NCBI GenBank assembly: GCA_049591535.1
Contig: JBAWFC010000008.1
Coordinates: 9,791-73,790 of the forward strand
DNA from: Thermoplasmata archaeon
GTDB lineage: Archaea; Thermoplasmatota; Thermoplasmata; Lutacidiplasmatales; UBA184
DNA length: 64,000 nt
Reading direction: 5' to 3'
Position 1 is the first letter of the stretch; every line of letters starts with the position of its first letter. The notes below the pieces were generated by a model. That model did not search any database, was not told the origin of the DNA, and saw only the letters and a program-made list of their open reading frames with translations. Positions 51,201 to 58,145 of this stretch are shown in pieces. A program made the position numbers and the translations under genes.

Positions 51201-52550
51201 GCCACGTTCGTCCGGTGGGTCGGGACGCTCAACGTCGCGGTGGGCAACGACCTGCTCGCGAGCACGAACGTCACCGTGCGCGGTCCCGGCGTCCTCTTCG
51301 CGGTGGCCTCGGCGTTCGCCCTCGGGGCGATCACCGCGACTCCCCCGCACGGGGAGATCCACCAGTCCGAGTCGTTCCTCGCCGCCGTGTACGGCAGTCC
51401 GACGAACCCGATCTCCTGGCACGGTCTCCCGACGGGATGCTCGAGCGCGCACGTGAACCCGCTCGTGTGCGTGCCGAGCCAGTTGGGCACGAGCAACATC
51501 ACGGCCTCGATCCTCGGCGCATTCGGAGTCCCGGTCGTGAGTCAGGCGCTCGCGTTCACCGTCGGCAACCACCCCGAGATCTCGGGGTACACTGCGAGCC
51601 GGACCACGCTCGACCTGGGCATGTCGACGACGCTGACCACGACCGTGACGGACGGAACGTCGCCGATCCGTTACTCGTACGCGCCGCTCCCCCAGGGGTG
51701 CGTGTCCCAGAACTCGTCCACGCTCGCGTGCACCCCGAGCGGGGCCGGCAACGTGACGGTCGAGGTTACGGTTACGGACGGGACCGGAGCGGTGCTCACG
51801 TCCAACCTCACGCTCTCCGTGTACCCCGCGCTCAACTTCGTGGGGGTAACGGCGCTCCCTTCGCCCGTCACGGCCAGCGTGCCGTTCAACCTCACCGCCT
51901 TCTCGAGCGGCGGAAGCCCGGCGTTCAGCTATTCCTACCTCGGGCTGCCGTCGTCCTGCTTCTCGTCCAACGTCTCGAAGCTCGCGTGCAAGCCGAGCCT
52001 CCCGGGGACGTACCTCGTGCAGGTCACCCTGTCCGACGCCGCCGGGACGTCCCTGTCCCGGTCGGTCAACGTCAGCGTCAACGCCGTGCCGTCGGTCACG
52101 GTGTTCACCGCGCTCCCCGACCAGGTCACCCTCGGCTCGGCCGTGACGTTCAACGTCACGGCCACGGGAGGTACCGGCGCGCTCCTCTACTCGTACACGG
52201 CGCTCCCCGGCGGCTGCACCGCGACCAACGCTTCGATCGTGACCTGTACGCCAAACGCAACGGGACAGTACACCGTCACGGTCCGAGCCGCCGACTCGTT
52301 CGGGGTCATCAGCGCTCCGGCGTCCACCGTCCTAGTGGTCTCGGCGGCGTCCACCCCCAGCGGATCGAGCTCGTCGACCCCACTCTGGGTCTGGGCGATC
52401 GTCGCGGTGGTGATCGTCGGGATCGTCGTGGGCCTCTTGCTTTGGCGGCGCCAGAGCACGCCGCCGCCCCCTCCCGCCCCGCTGAATCCGCCCGCGGACC
52501 CCCCGACGACCGCGCCCCCGACGCAGTGGAACGAGGGCGGGGGAACCTAG
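48204..52550 (+). CDS. 1448-aa sequon-dense surface (S-layer-like) glycoprotein candidate with C-terminal TM anchor
   Basis: The signal/anchor is FALIGVLAVAVLMVLSPAAAAG. A ~480-aa N-terminal globular region is unrecognised. About six degenerate modules of ~85 aa follow, with an (F/L)-x-(G/R)-W core of the Listeria-Bacteroides/InlB-B-repeat type. Then come four Cys-pair Ig-like repeats, a TM helix (LWVWAIVAVVIVGIVVGLLLW) and a Pro-rich tail. I count about 35 N-x-S/T sequons by eye. The upstream part of the tool ORF (47568-48203) overlaps the HAD gene and is rejected. Confidence 0.85.
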   Translation: MTGTLVGKWGPRSRMTGAFALIGVLAVAVLMVLSPAAAAGSFAVPTSPVGTTTPGLAAPGSTAASAGSTSALPPPTSAIPASPTTASPGLQPRIVPLDLPGPHPASWGPDATPPGVPFASSGSEVVDAGSIVPANAPSFAGPCISVNLSSGDPDALPNGCVGHDEPTMSFYSDSPSSGSNVTWNVTLPEDQSATANQSDLYAAAFFGLVVSDPAAWLGECYIEVQLYPDFNWNSPSTTVSGDWAGAVVGWQVNPASGDIDTCFYSTLNVTGHPGEYFSMTQGDNLSLELLGWAKDPTGESVTLSDLTSGVSASVTLYNATGGFPLDPAFSTNAFSSALLWTTGGQLPITFGFEIGRAGHPGGVTSNPYGGCSPGLPGKPSTPCPSYDPLSWVNDTLSPWQIDVPQYFTATTHSTPVQVGFSSTVGASIYNLSNGTCLNRIGGGYCTYPWFGYDCTESAFSIGATDFPGEANDFGQWGEYPTTASQNLLGFATFAPRNFSVPSCGSTATVTVGTSGLSGGSVDFLSEIGGSYTKTGVTVGRYSIGAISPVGGGFAGWSTTGSVFVVSATSPSTTLRVTGTGTITAMFTPTPAQTQVWFNSTTAFSSVQVTAGAYFTPSTPSTTVTPGSSISLSAGVYGVQASPAPGTLFERWSVVSGGAGAALASTNTPVSWIVVMGGASTVGVVVVYAATAAQVVVRLSGFGNGTVSLDGNPTGPYNPTTGFSTTTLEMAPGTYPAVASPSAGWTFLGWTYNVSASMVDFNASTSVSFLPGNASLTADFGADLTTLVSPGTAGQLSFNGVGPLGNDTNTSVLRGSYKIDALPFGLQKFEGWTVSNPTNLSVTSPAYPITYVQVNGPGNVTVDYATSTGLTLTIDNSPSDGGNVSFNFQLVTGASTVNTSVTTGAYLVSPLPNVGWELNTSHPWTTSGPISEVSGILTVTGTDGVLTANWVQVGYPVSFVTGSGADVSALFNGVAPAVRSGGTILLPVGRYTLEAVEGTNATFVRWVGTLNVAVGNDLLASTNVTVRGPGVLFAVASAFALGAITATPPHGEIHQSESFLAAVYGSPTNPISWHGLPTGCSSAHVNPLVCVPSQLGTSNITASILGAFGVPVVSQALAFTVGNHPEISGYTASRTTLDLGMSTTLTTTVTDGTSPIRYSYAPLPQGCVSQNSSTLACTPSGAGNVTVEVTVTDGTGAVLTSNLTLSVYPALNFVGVTALPSPVTASVPFNLTAFSSGGSPAFSYSYLGLPSSCFSSNVSKLACKPSLPGTYLVQVTLSDAAGTSLSRSVNVSVNAVPSVTVFTALPDQVTLGSAVTFNVTATGGTGALLYSYTALPGGCTATNASIVTCTPNATGQYTVTVRAADSFGVISAPASTVLVVSAASTPSGSSSSTPLWVWAIVAVVIVGIVVGLLLWRRQSTPPPPPAPLNPPADPPTTAPPTQWNEGGGT

Positions 52551-52590
52551 TGTCAAATAGACACGGTCCTCCCCGACCGCGGTACGACCC

Positions 52591-53757
52591 ATGATCCCTG
52601 CACCCCACGGAGGCCGGCTCGTCGATCGCCGCGTGGGGGCAGCCGAGAGAGAACGGCGCGAGGCGGAGGCTCAGGACCTCCCGATGATCTCCCCGTTCAT
52701 CGACCAGGTCTACGACGCCGAGAAGATCGGCATCGGGGCGTACTCGCCGCTCGAGGGATTCCAGGACAGTGCGGCGCTCGAGTCGATCCTCTCCACGAAC
52801 CGTCTCCCGAACGGTCTTCCGTGGACGATGCCGATCCTGCTCGCACCGACCGGGGCCGAGAATCTCGCGGTGGTCGCCCGGATCCGCCCCGGGGATGCCG
52901 TCGGTCTGCGCGACACGGGCGGCCGGCTCTTCGCCGTCCTCCACCTGGAGGAGAAGTTCGGGTACGACAAGAAACGGTTCGCCCAACAGGTCTACGCGAC
53001 GACCGACCCGCAGCACCCCAACGTCGCGGACCTTCTCGCCGCGGGCGATACCGCCCTCGCGGGGCGGATCGACCTGATCCGCCGATTGGAGCTCCCGACG
53101 GGCGCCCTCGAGCTCGACCCGACCGAGACGCGCGATGAGTTCTCGCGCCGGGGATGGAAGAACGTCGCCGCCTACCAGACCCGGAACGTCCCGCACACGG
53201 CCCACGAGTACCTGCAACGGTGCACGCTCGAACGGGAGGACGTCGATGGCCTCCTCATCCATCCGGTGCTCGGTCGGCTCAAGAAGGGCGATTACCGGCC
53301 TCAGGTGATCCTGGAGGCGTACGAGGCGCTCGTGAAGAACTACTACCCCGCCGACCGGGTGCTCCTGGCGTCGCTCAGCATCTCGATGCGCTACGGCGGC
53401 CCGAAGGCCGCGCTGTTCCTCGCGATCGTCCGGAAGAACTACGGCTGCGGACTCTACATCGTCGGCCGGGACCAGGCCGGCGTCGGGAAGTACTACGACC
53501 CGTTCGCCTGCCAGCGGATCTTCGACGAGTTTCCGATCGACGTCTTCCCCCTCAAGTTCGCCGAGACGTACTTCTGCCGCGAGTGCGGCTGGATGGCGAC
53601 CGGCCGCACCTGCTCCCACGGACCGGAGCACCGCCTCGACACGAGCCAGACCCGGATCCGGGAGGCGCTCTCCCGCGGGGAGGCGCTCCCCAAAGAGATC
53701 ATCCGACCCGAGGTCGCGAAGGTCCTCGCCCGGGGCGACGTGTTGCTCAAGGAGTGA
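52591..53757 (+). CDS. sat: Sulfate adenylyltransferase (ATP sulfurylase)
   Basis: QTRNVPHTAHE (Q-x-RN-x-x-H-x-x-H), VGRDQAG (GRDHAG-like) and an N-terminal PUA-like region (GAYSPLEGF) are present, and the length (388 aa) fits. Confidence 0.9.
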   Translation: MIPAPHGGRLVDRRVGAAERERREAEAQDLPMISPFIDQVYDAEKIGIGAYSPLEGFQDSAALESILSTNRLPNGLPWTMPILLAPTGAENLAVVARIRPGDAVGLRDTGGRLFAVLHLEEKFGYDKKRFAQQVYATTDPQHPNVADLLAAGDTALAGRIDLIRRLELPTGALELDPTETRDEFSRRGWKNVAAYQTRNVPHTAHEYLQRCTLEREDVDGLLIHPVLGRLKKGDYRPQVILEAYEALVKNYYPADRVLLASLSISMRYGGPKAALFLAIVRKNYGCGLYIVGRDQAGVGKYYDPFACQRIFDEFPIDVFPLKFAETYFCRECGWMATGRTCSHGPEHRLDTSQTRIREALSRGEALPKEIIRPEVAKVLARGDVLLKE

Positions 53758-54389
53758 ACCCGCACGGGCGACGTCGAGGGGCGCTGCGTCGGGCTCCTCG
53801 CTCGGGGAAGAGCACCCTCCGGCGGGGAGGCACGAGGGAGGGTCAGATCTCTCTGCGACCCTCGGGGCTTTCGCGGCACGAAACCCCAGCGCACCGTCCG
53901 ATCTACGGCGCCGGTCTCGGTGACCTCCTTTCGGCGCACGGACCCGAATACCCGGAGTCGTCGCGGCCTGTGCTCCCAACGAGCCCAAGGACCGCGCTCC
54001 GATGCGGTCCCAAGGACCTCGTCGCTGCCGAGGCCGTTCCCGAGCGTCACGGCTCGGATCTTCGGAACGTCCCAGAGTTCTGATGGGCACCGGCGGGCCG
54101 GCGACGGGACCGGAGTCCACGTGCAGACGCGCCGACCTCATTGCGGCCGCGGGATATCGGCGTCCTTCCCGCGGCGCCCCCGCACCGTTCGGGGGAGCGG
54201 ACTCTTCCGCGTACTTGGAAGCCGGGGGCGGTTCGGTCCGCTTCCCCCGTCCTCGGAGCCTGCCCGGTTCCCCGGGACCGAACGGGCCTGCGGCTCGCCG
54301 AAGCCAACGCGCCTCGGGGAACGTCCGACGGCCTTTTATGCCGGTCTGCCTCGGGGAGGCGCACATCCTGCGCAGGAGATTGGTATATA

Positions 54390-55388
54390 ATGGCAAATCT
54401 CGCATCGCGCACACCGAAGGCGAGCTTCTTTCCGGTCGAGGTCCCCCGGGTCACGCGCCCGCGCTCGACGGGGATCACGCACGTGCTCGACCGTCTGGTC
54501 CCTCTCCACTCGACCGAGTTGGGGTACATCGCTCCGTACATCGATGTCGCGAAGCTCGGCTGGGGGTTGCCTCTCCTCCTCCCTCGAGCCACTGTCCGTG
54601 ATCGGATCAAGACGTACCACGAGTTCTCGATCGAGGTCTCGACCGGTGGGACCCTGCTCGAATACGCGGTCACGCACGACCGGGTGCCGCAGTTGATGGA
54701 CGAAGCGCGGGAGCTCGGGTTCGACATCGTGGAGATCTCGAGCGGGATTATCGAACTCTCCCCGGTCCAGATCGAACGCCTCGCGAAGGCGGCCGAGGAC
54801 CGGAGCCTTGCCTACTTCATCGAGGTCGGGAAGAAGGACACGCACTACCAGCTCTCGCTCAAGGAGACCATCTCCCAGATCGCGCACGCGCGGACCCTCA
54901 AGCCCCGGAAGGTGATCGTCGAAAGCCGCGAGTCCGGCCGCGGGGTGGGGATCTACGACAGCGACGGCGCGATCAAGTGGGACTGGGTCCGTTCGATCCT
55001 CGCCGAGCAGCCGCGGGAGGACCTGATCTTCGAAGCGCCCCAGGAGGGTCAGCAGGTCCAGCTGGTCGGGGAGCTCGGGGCCGATGTCAACCTTGGCAAC
55101 GTCGCGCTGCGCTCCGTCGCGCCACTGGCCAGCGATCGGCTGGGCCTGCGGGGCGAGACGTTCGGGACCATCCGCACCTCGAAGAACGTGAAGGGGCCGC
55201 CGGCGGCGAAGTTCCTGTTCTTCCTGCTCGAGACCTACCGCGGGCTGGACCAGACCCAGCTCGCCCAGATGTCGCGCCTGCCCCGCCGGACGGTGCAGAG
55301 CGCGCTCGAATCGCTGCGCCAGCAGGGACTGGTCCAGGAATCGGTCTCCCTCCACGACTCGCGTCGCCGAGAGTACCGGCTCACCTGA
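54390..55388 (+). CDS. comA: Phosphosulfolactate-synthase (ComA)-like enzyme fused to a C-terminal winged-helix DNA-binding domain
   Basis: The ComA pattern runs throughout the first ~255 aa: TGITHVLD..., DVAKLGWG, FDIVEISSG, FIEVGKKD, VIVESRESGRGVGIYD, LIFEAPQEGQQV and NLGNV...LRGETF. A further ~65 aa follow, ...FLFFLLETYRGLDQTQLAQMSRLPRRTVQSALESLRQQGLVQE..., which is MarR/ArsR-like wHTH. AGGAG lies 11 nt upstream of the ATG. Confidence 0.75.
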   Translation: MANLASRTPKASFFPVEVPRVTRPRSTGITHVLDRLVPLHSTELGYIAPYIDVAKLGWGLPLLLPRATVRDRIKTYHEFSIEVSTGGTLLEYAVTHDRVPQLMDEARELGFDIVEISSGIIELSPVQIERLAKAAEDRSLAYFIEVGKKDTHYQLSLKETISQIAHARTLKPRKVIVESRESGRGVGIYDSDGAIKWDWVRSILAEQPREDLIFEAPQEGQQVQLVGELGADVNLGNVALRSVAPLASDRLGLRGETFGTIRTSKNVKGPPAAKFLFFLLETYRGLDQTQLAQMSRLPRRTVQSALESLRQQGLVQESVSLHDSRRREYRLT

Positions 55389-55506
55389 TCCCATCGGTGG
55401 ACTGACCGCTGGGCGCGCAACGACCGAGAGCTCGCGACCGCTCCCCGCCGGGCGCCTCTCGACCCCGCCCCTCTTTGGATGATGGGATCCCGTGGGAAGG
55501 GAATCG

Positions 55507-55815
55507 TCAAGCCCCTGTCGTCCGCATGAAATGCGCGGGTTCCTGTTGGTCGAGAAGTGCAGCATCCCTGACCAGAGCACAGAACTCGGCCGACCCGGCT
55601 TCCTCGAGCGTACCGAGTCTCACAACTCGACTGGTGCGAGCGGCCCGCTGGAGCAAGGAATGACGTCCGGCGAGCGTGGCGCCCTTCCAGAACCTGACCG
55701 CGACGAAGTTCCTCCACCCACCGTGGGATATCCCCGCCCTGGATAGGTAGGGGCGCCGTACTTGATGACCCGCGTCAAGGCGGGGGCCACAGAGCGGATC
55801 GCCCGTTCGGCGGCG
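55507..55815 (-). pseudogene. DUF1801/YdhG-like gene remnant split by a frameshift
   Basis: One minus-strand frame reads ...AERAIRSVAPALTRVIKYGAPTYP. Another frame continues ...GISHGGWRNFVAVRFWKGATLAGRHSLLQRAARTSRVVRLGTLEEAGSAEFCALVRDAALL...stop at 55507. Together they follow the DUF1801 pattern. The switch lies in the G/C run at ~55731-55745. The N-terminal boundary is unclear. Confidence 0.35.
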
Positions 55816-56163
55816 GCCGGGCTCCCTCCATCGTGCGCCCCGAGCGAACCTCGGCGGCAGGAACCATCGGCGAAGCTGGCCCTGGCTTCGACTGGGAGGG
55901 GCCCGAATTCGGAGTCTCCCGGGAGGCCGCCCCACCCCGACCCGGGCCCGCCGCGCGCCCATCCGAACGTCGTTTCCCAGTGGGGTTCGATCGGCGCCCG
56001 CTCCGGGTCCGCCTGCTGACCCGTCGGCCGCATTGCGTCACGGGTGGTGGTTCGGCGGGTTCCAGGCACCGGTCCCGTCCACGCCGTCGATCGGACGCGA
56101 CCTCGGAACCCTCGTTCCCAAGCGATATCGGCTCGCGGGTCCTCGGCCGGACCGAGCGCGCCA

Positions 56164-57135
56164 GTGAGCAGCGTATCGAGAACCCCGGAGCATCCGCGCG
56201 TCGCGGTCGTCACCGGCGCGACGTCGGGCATCGGGAAGGAGGTCGCCCGCGGGCTCGCCGCGCGGGGCCTCACGACCGTGGTGGTTGGGCGCGGCAAAGA
56301 GCGGTCCGCGGGGGTCGCTCGGGAGCTCTCCGTGGCTACGGGCAATCCCCGGGTAGAGTCGATCCCCGTCCAGGACCTGGCCGTGCGGGCCGAAGTGAGG
56401 CAGCTCTCGACCGAACTGCTGCGCCGATATCCCGAGATCCATCTCCTCGTGAACAACGCCGGGGCATACTTTGCTCGACGTGAACTGACCGCGGACGGTC
56501 TCGAGAGGACCTTCGCGCTCAACGTCCTCGCCCCGTTCGCCCTCACGTCCCTTCTCGCGGACCGAATGCGCGCGAGCGCCCCGGCGCGGGTCGTGCAGGT
56601 GTCGTCCGCGGCCCACCACGGAGCGCGGGTCCCGGTCGGCGACCTCCAGAACGCGACCGGGTACTCCGGGTTCCGCGTGTACGGTCAATCGAAGCTCGAG
56701 CTGCTCCTCCTGACGCGAGAGTTCGCTCGTCGGCTCGCCGGCACCGGGCTCACGGTCAACGCCGTCCACCCCGGGTTCATCCGGTCGGGCTTTGGCCTCA
56801 ACAACGGCGGTGCCGTGGGAGTCGGCATGCGGCTCGCCCAGCTCGCATTCGCCCGGGGTCCCCGATACGGCGCCGGCAACGTGCTCTACGTCGCGGTGGA
56901 CCCGGCGACGATGTCGATCTCGGGGGAGTACTTCTCCCGGCGCCGGGTGGAGCGCGCATCGCGGGCCTCGTACGACATCGCGGGGGCGCGGACGCTCTTC
57001 GAGGCGTGCCAAGCGCTCGCCGGGACCCCCCCACTCCCCGACCCGGCGCCGGCGGATCCTGCGAGGCCGTCGACGCGCCCGGGGTCTCCCGGACCCGTGC
57101 AGGACGGAGCGCCGGCCGGTCCGGCGCCCTCCTAG
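56164..57135 (+). CDS. Short-chain dehydrogenase/reductase (classical SDR, retinol-dehydrogenase-like)
   Basis: VAVVTGATSGIGKE (TGxxxGIG), LVNNAGA and YGQSK (YxxxK) are present. I prefer the in-frame GTG at 56164, just upstream of the Rossmann beta1 strand. The tool ORF starts at 56044. Confidence 0.85.
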   Translation: MSSVSRTPEHPRVAVVTGATSGIGKEVARGLAARGLTTVVVGRGKERSAGVARELSVATGNPRVESIPVQDLAVRAEVRQLSTELLRRYPEIHLLVNNAGAYFARRELTADGLERTFALNVLAPFALTSLLADRMRASAPARVVQVSSAAHHGARVPVGDLQNATGYSGFRVYGQSKLELLLLTREFARRLAGTGLTVNAVHPGFIRSGFGLNNGGAVGVGMRLAQLAFARGPRYGAGNVLYVAVDPATMSISGEYFSRRRVERASRASYDIAGARTLFEACQALAGTPPLPDPAPADPARPSTRPGSPGPVQDGAPAGPAPS

Positions 57136-58145
57136 GGCGACCGAGCCCGCGCGATATCCGCCACGCCCACGAGGGCGGCGTTCTCGCCGAGGCGGGAGAC
57201 GGCGATCCGGGCGTCCGATGCGGGGGGCTGGCATCGGGTCCGCACCGCGGACTCCACGACGCCCGCGAATTCGGGCATCCCCGCGGTGAGTCCGCCGCCG
57301 AGTACGAGGAGCCCCGGATCGAATGCGTTCACGATACTGACGGCGCCGTCCGCGAGGAATCGCTCCGTTTCGCGGACCAGGCGGTTCGCGAGGAGGTCCC
57401 CGGCACGATACGCGTCGAAGACCGTCTGCGCGGTGATCCGTTCGGGCACGCCGGCGCGGGAGACGAGCCCGACGGCCGCGCTCGGGTCCGCCCGGGCCGA
57501 CTCCTGCGCGCGTTCGGCGATCGCCCAGCCCCCGACGTACGCTTCGAGGCATCCGGAGTTCGGGCAATGGCATCGGCGGCCCCCGGAGACGACCGTCAGA
57601 TGGCCCACCTCCCCGAACGCATGGGCTCCGCCCTCGACCAGTTCTCCGCCGAGAACGGCGGAGCCTCCGACCCCGGTACCGAGCGCGAGGAAAAAGAGGT
57701 TCGCGGCGCCGACCCCCTCGCCGTGTCGCCACTCCCCCATCGTCGCCGCGCGCGCGTCGTTGGCCACGACGACGGGGAGGCCGAGTCCCTCGGCCACCCG
57801 GGGCCCGAGCGGTACGTCGCGCCAGCCGAGGTTCGGGGCATGCACGACCCTCCCGGCAGTCGAGTCGACCTGGGCCGCCACGGACACGCCGACCCGGGCG
57901 GGCCGCTCGTCCGTACCGGAAAGGCAGTCCCGTGCGTTGCGGAGGACCGCGCCGATCACCGCCGTGGGGCCGTCGTTCTCGTGAAGCTGGCGGCCGCCGC
58001 TCCGTACGATGGTTCCGTCGGCCGCGATGAGCGCGCTCACGACCTTCGTCGCGCCGAGGTCGATCGCCAGTACGAGGCCGGGCGCCGACGAACGTCGGGG
58101 CGACCTACTCCTCGGGGATCTTGCCGTGCCCTTCGGTCTCGGCAT
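57132..58145 (-). CDS. ROK-family sugar kinase (glucokinase-like)
   Basis: LAIDLGATK (phosphate-1), ALGTGVGG and the ROK zinc motif CHCPNSGCLEAY are present. The 5' end overlaps the GH15 3' end by 41 nt. Confidence 0.85.
   Translation of the reverse strand: MPRPKGTARSPRSRSPRRSSAPGLVLAIDLGATKVVSALIAADGTIVRSGGRQLHENDGPTAVIGAVLRNARDCLSGTDERPARVGVSVAAQVDSTAGRVVHAPNLGWRDVPLGPRVAEGLGLPVVVANDARAATMGEWRHGEGVGAANLFFLALGTGVGGSAVLGGELVEGGAHAFGEVGHLTVVSGGRRCHCPNSGCLEAYVGGWAIAERAQESARADPSAAVGLVSRAGVPERITAQTVFDAYRAGDLLANRLVRETERFLADGAVSIVNAFDPGLLVLGGGLTAGMPEFAGVVESAVRTRCQPPASDARIAVSRLGENAALVGVADIARARSP

Noticed and set aside
52309-54414. 701-aa minus-strand ORF
   Set aside because: It is antisense to sat, whose ATP-sulfurylase motifs are unambiguous. 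The translation is Arg/Pro/Gly-rich.
55620-56546. 308-aa minus-strand ORF
   Set aside because: Most of it is antisense to the SDR gene. Only its 3' portion (about 55746-55815) looks like real coding sequence, and that is reported as part of the DUF1801 remnant.
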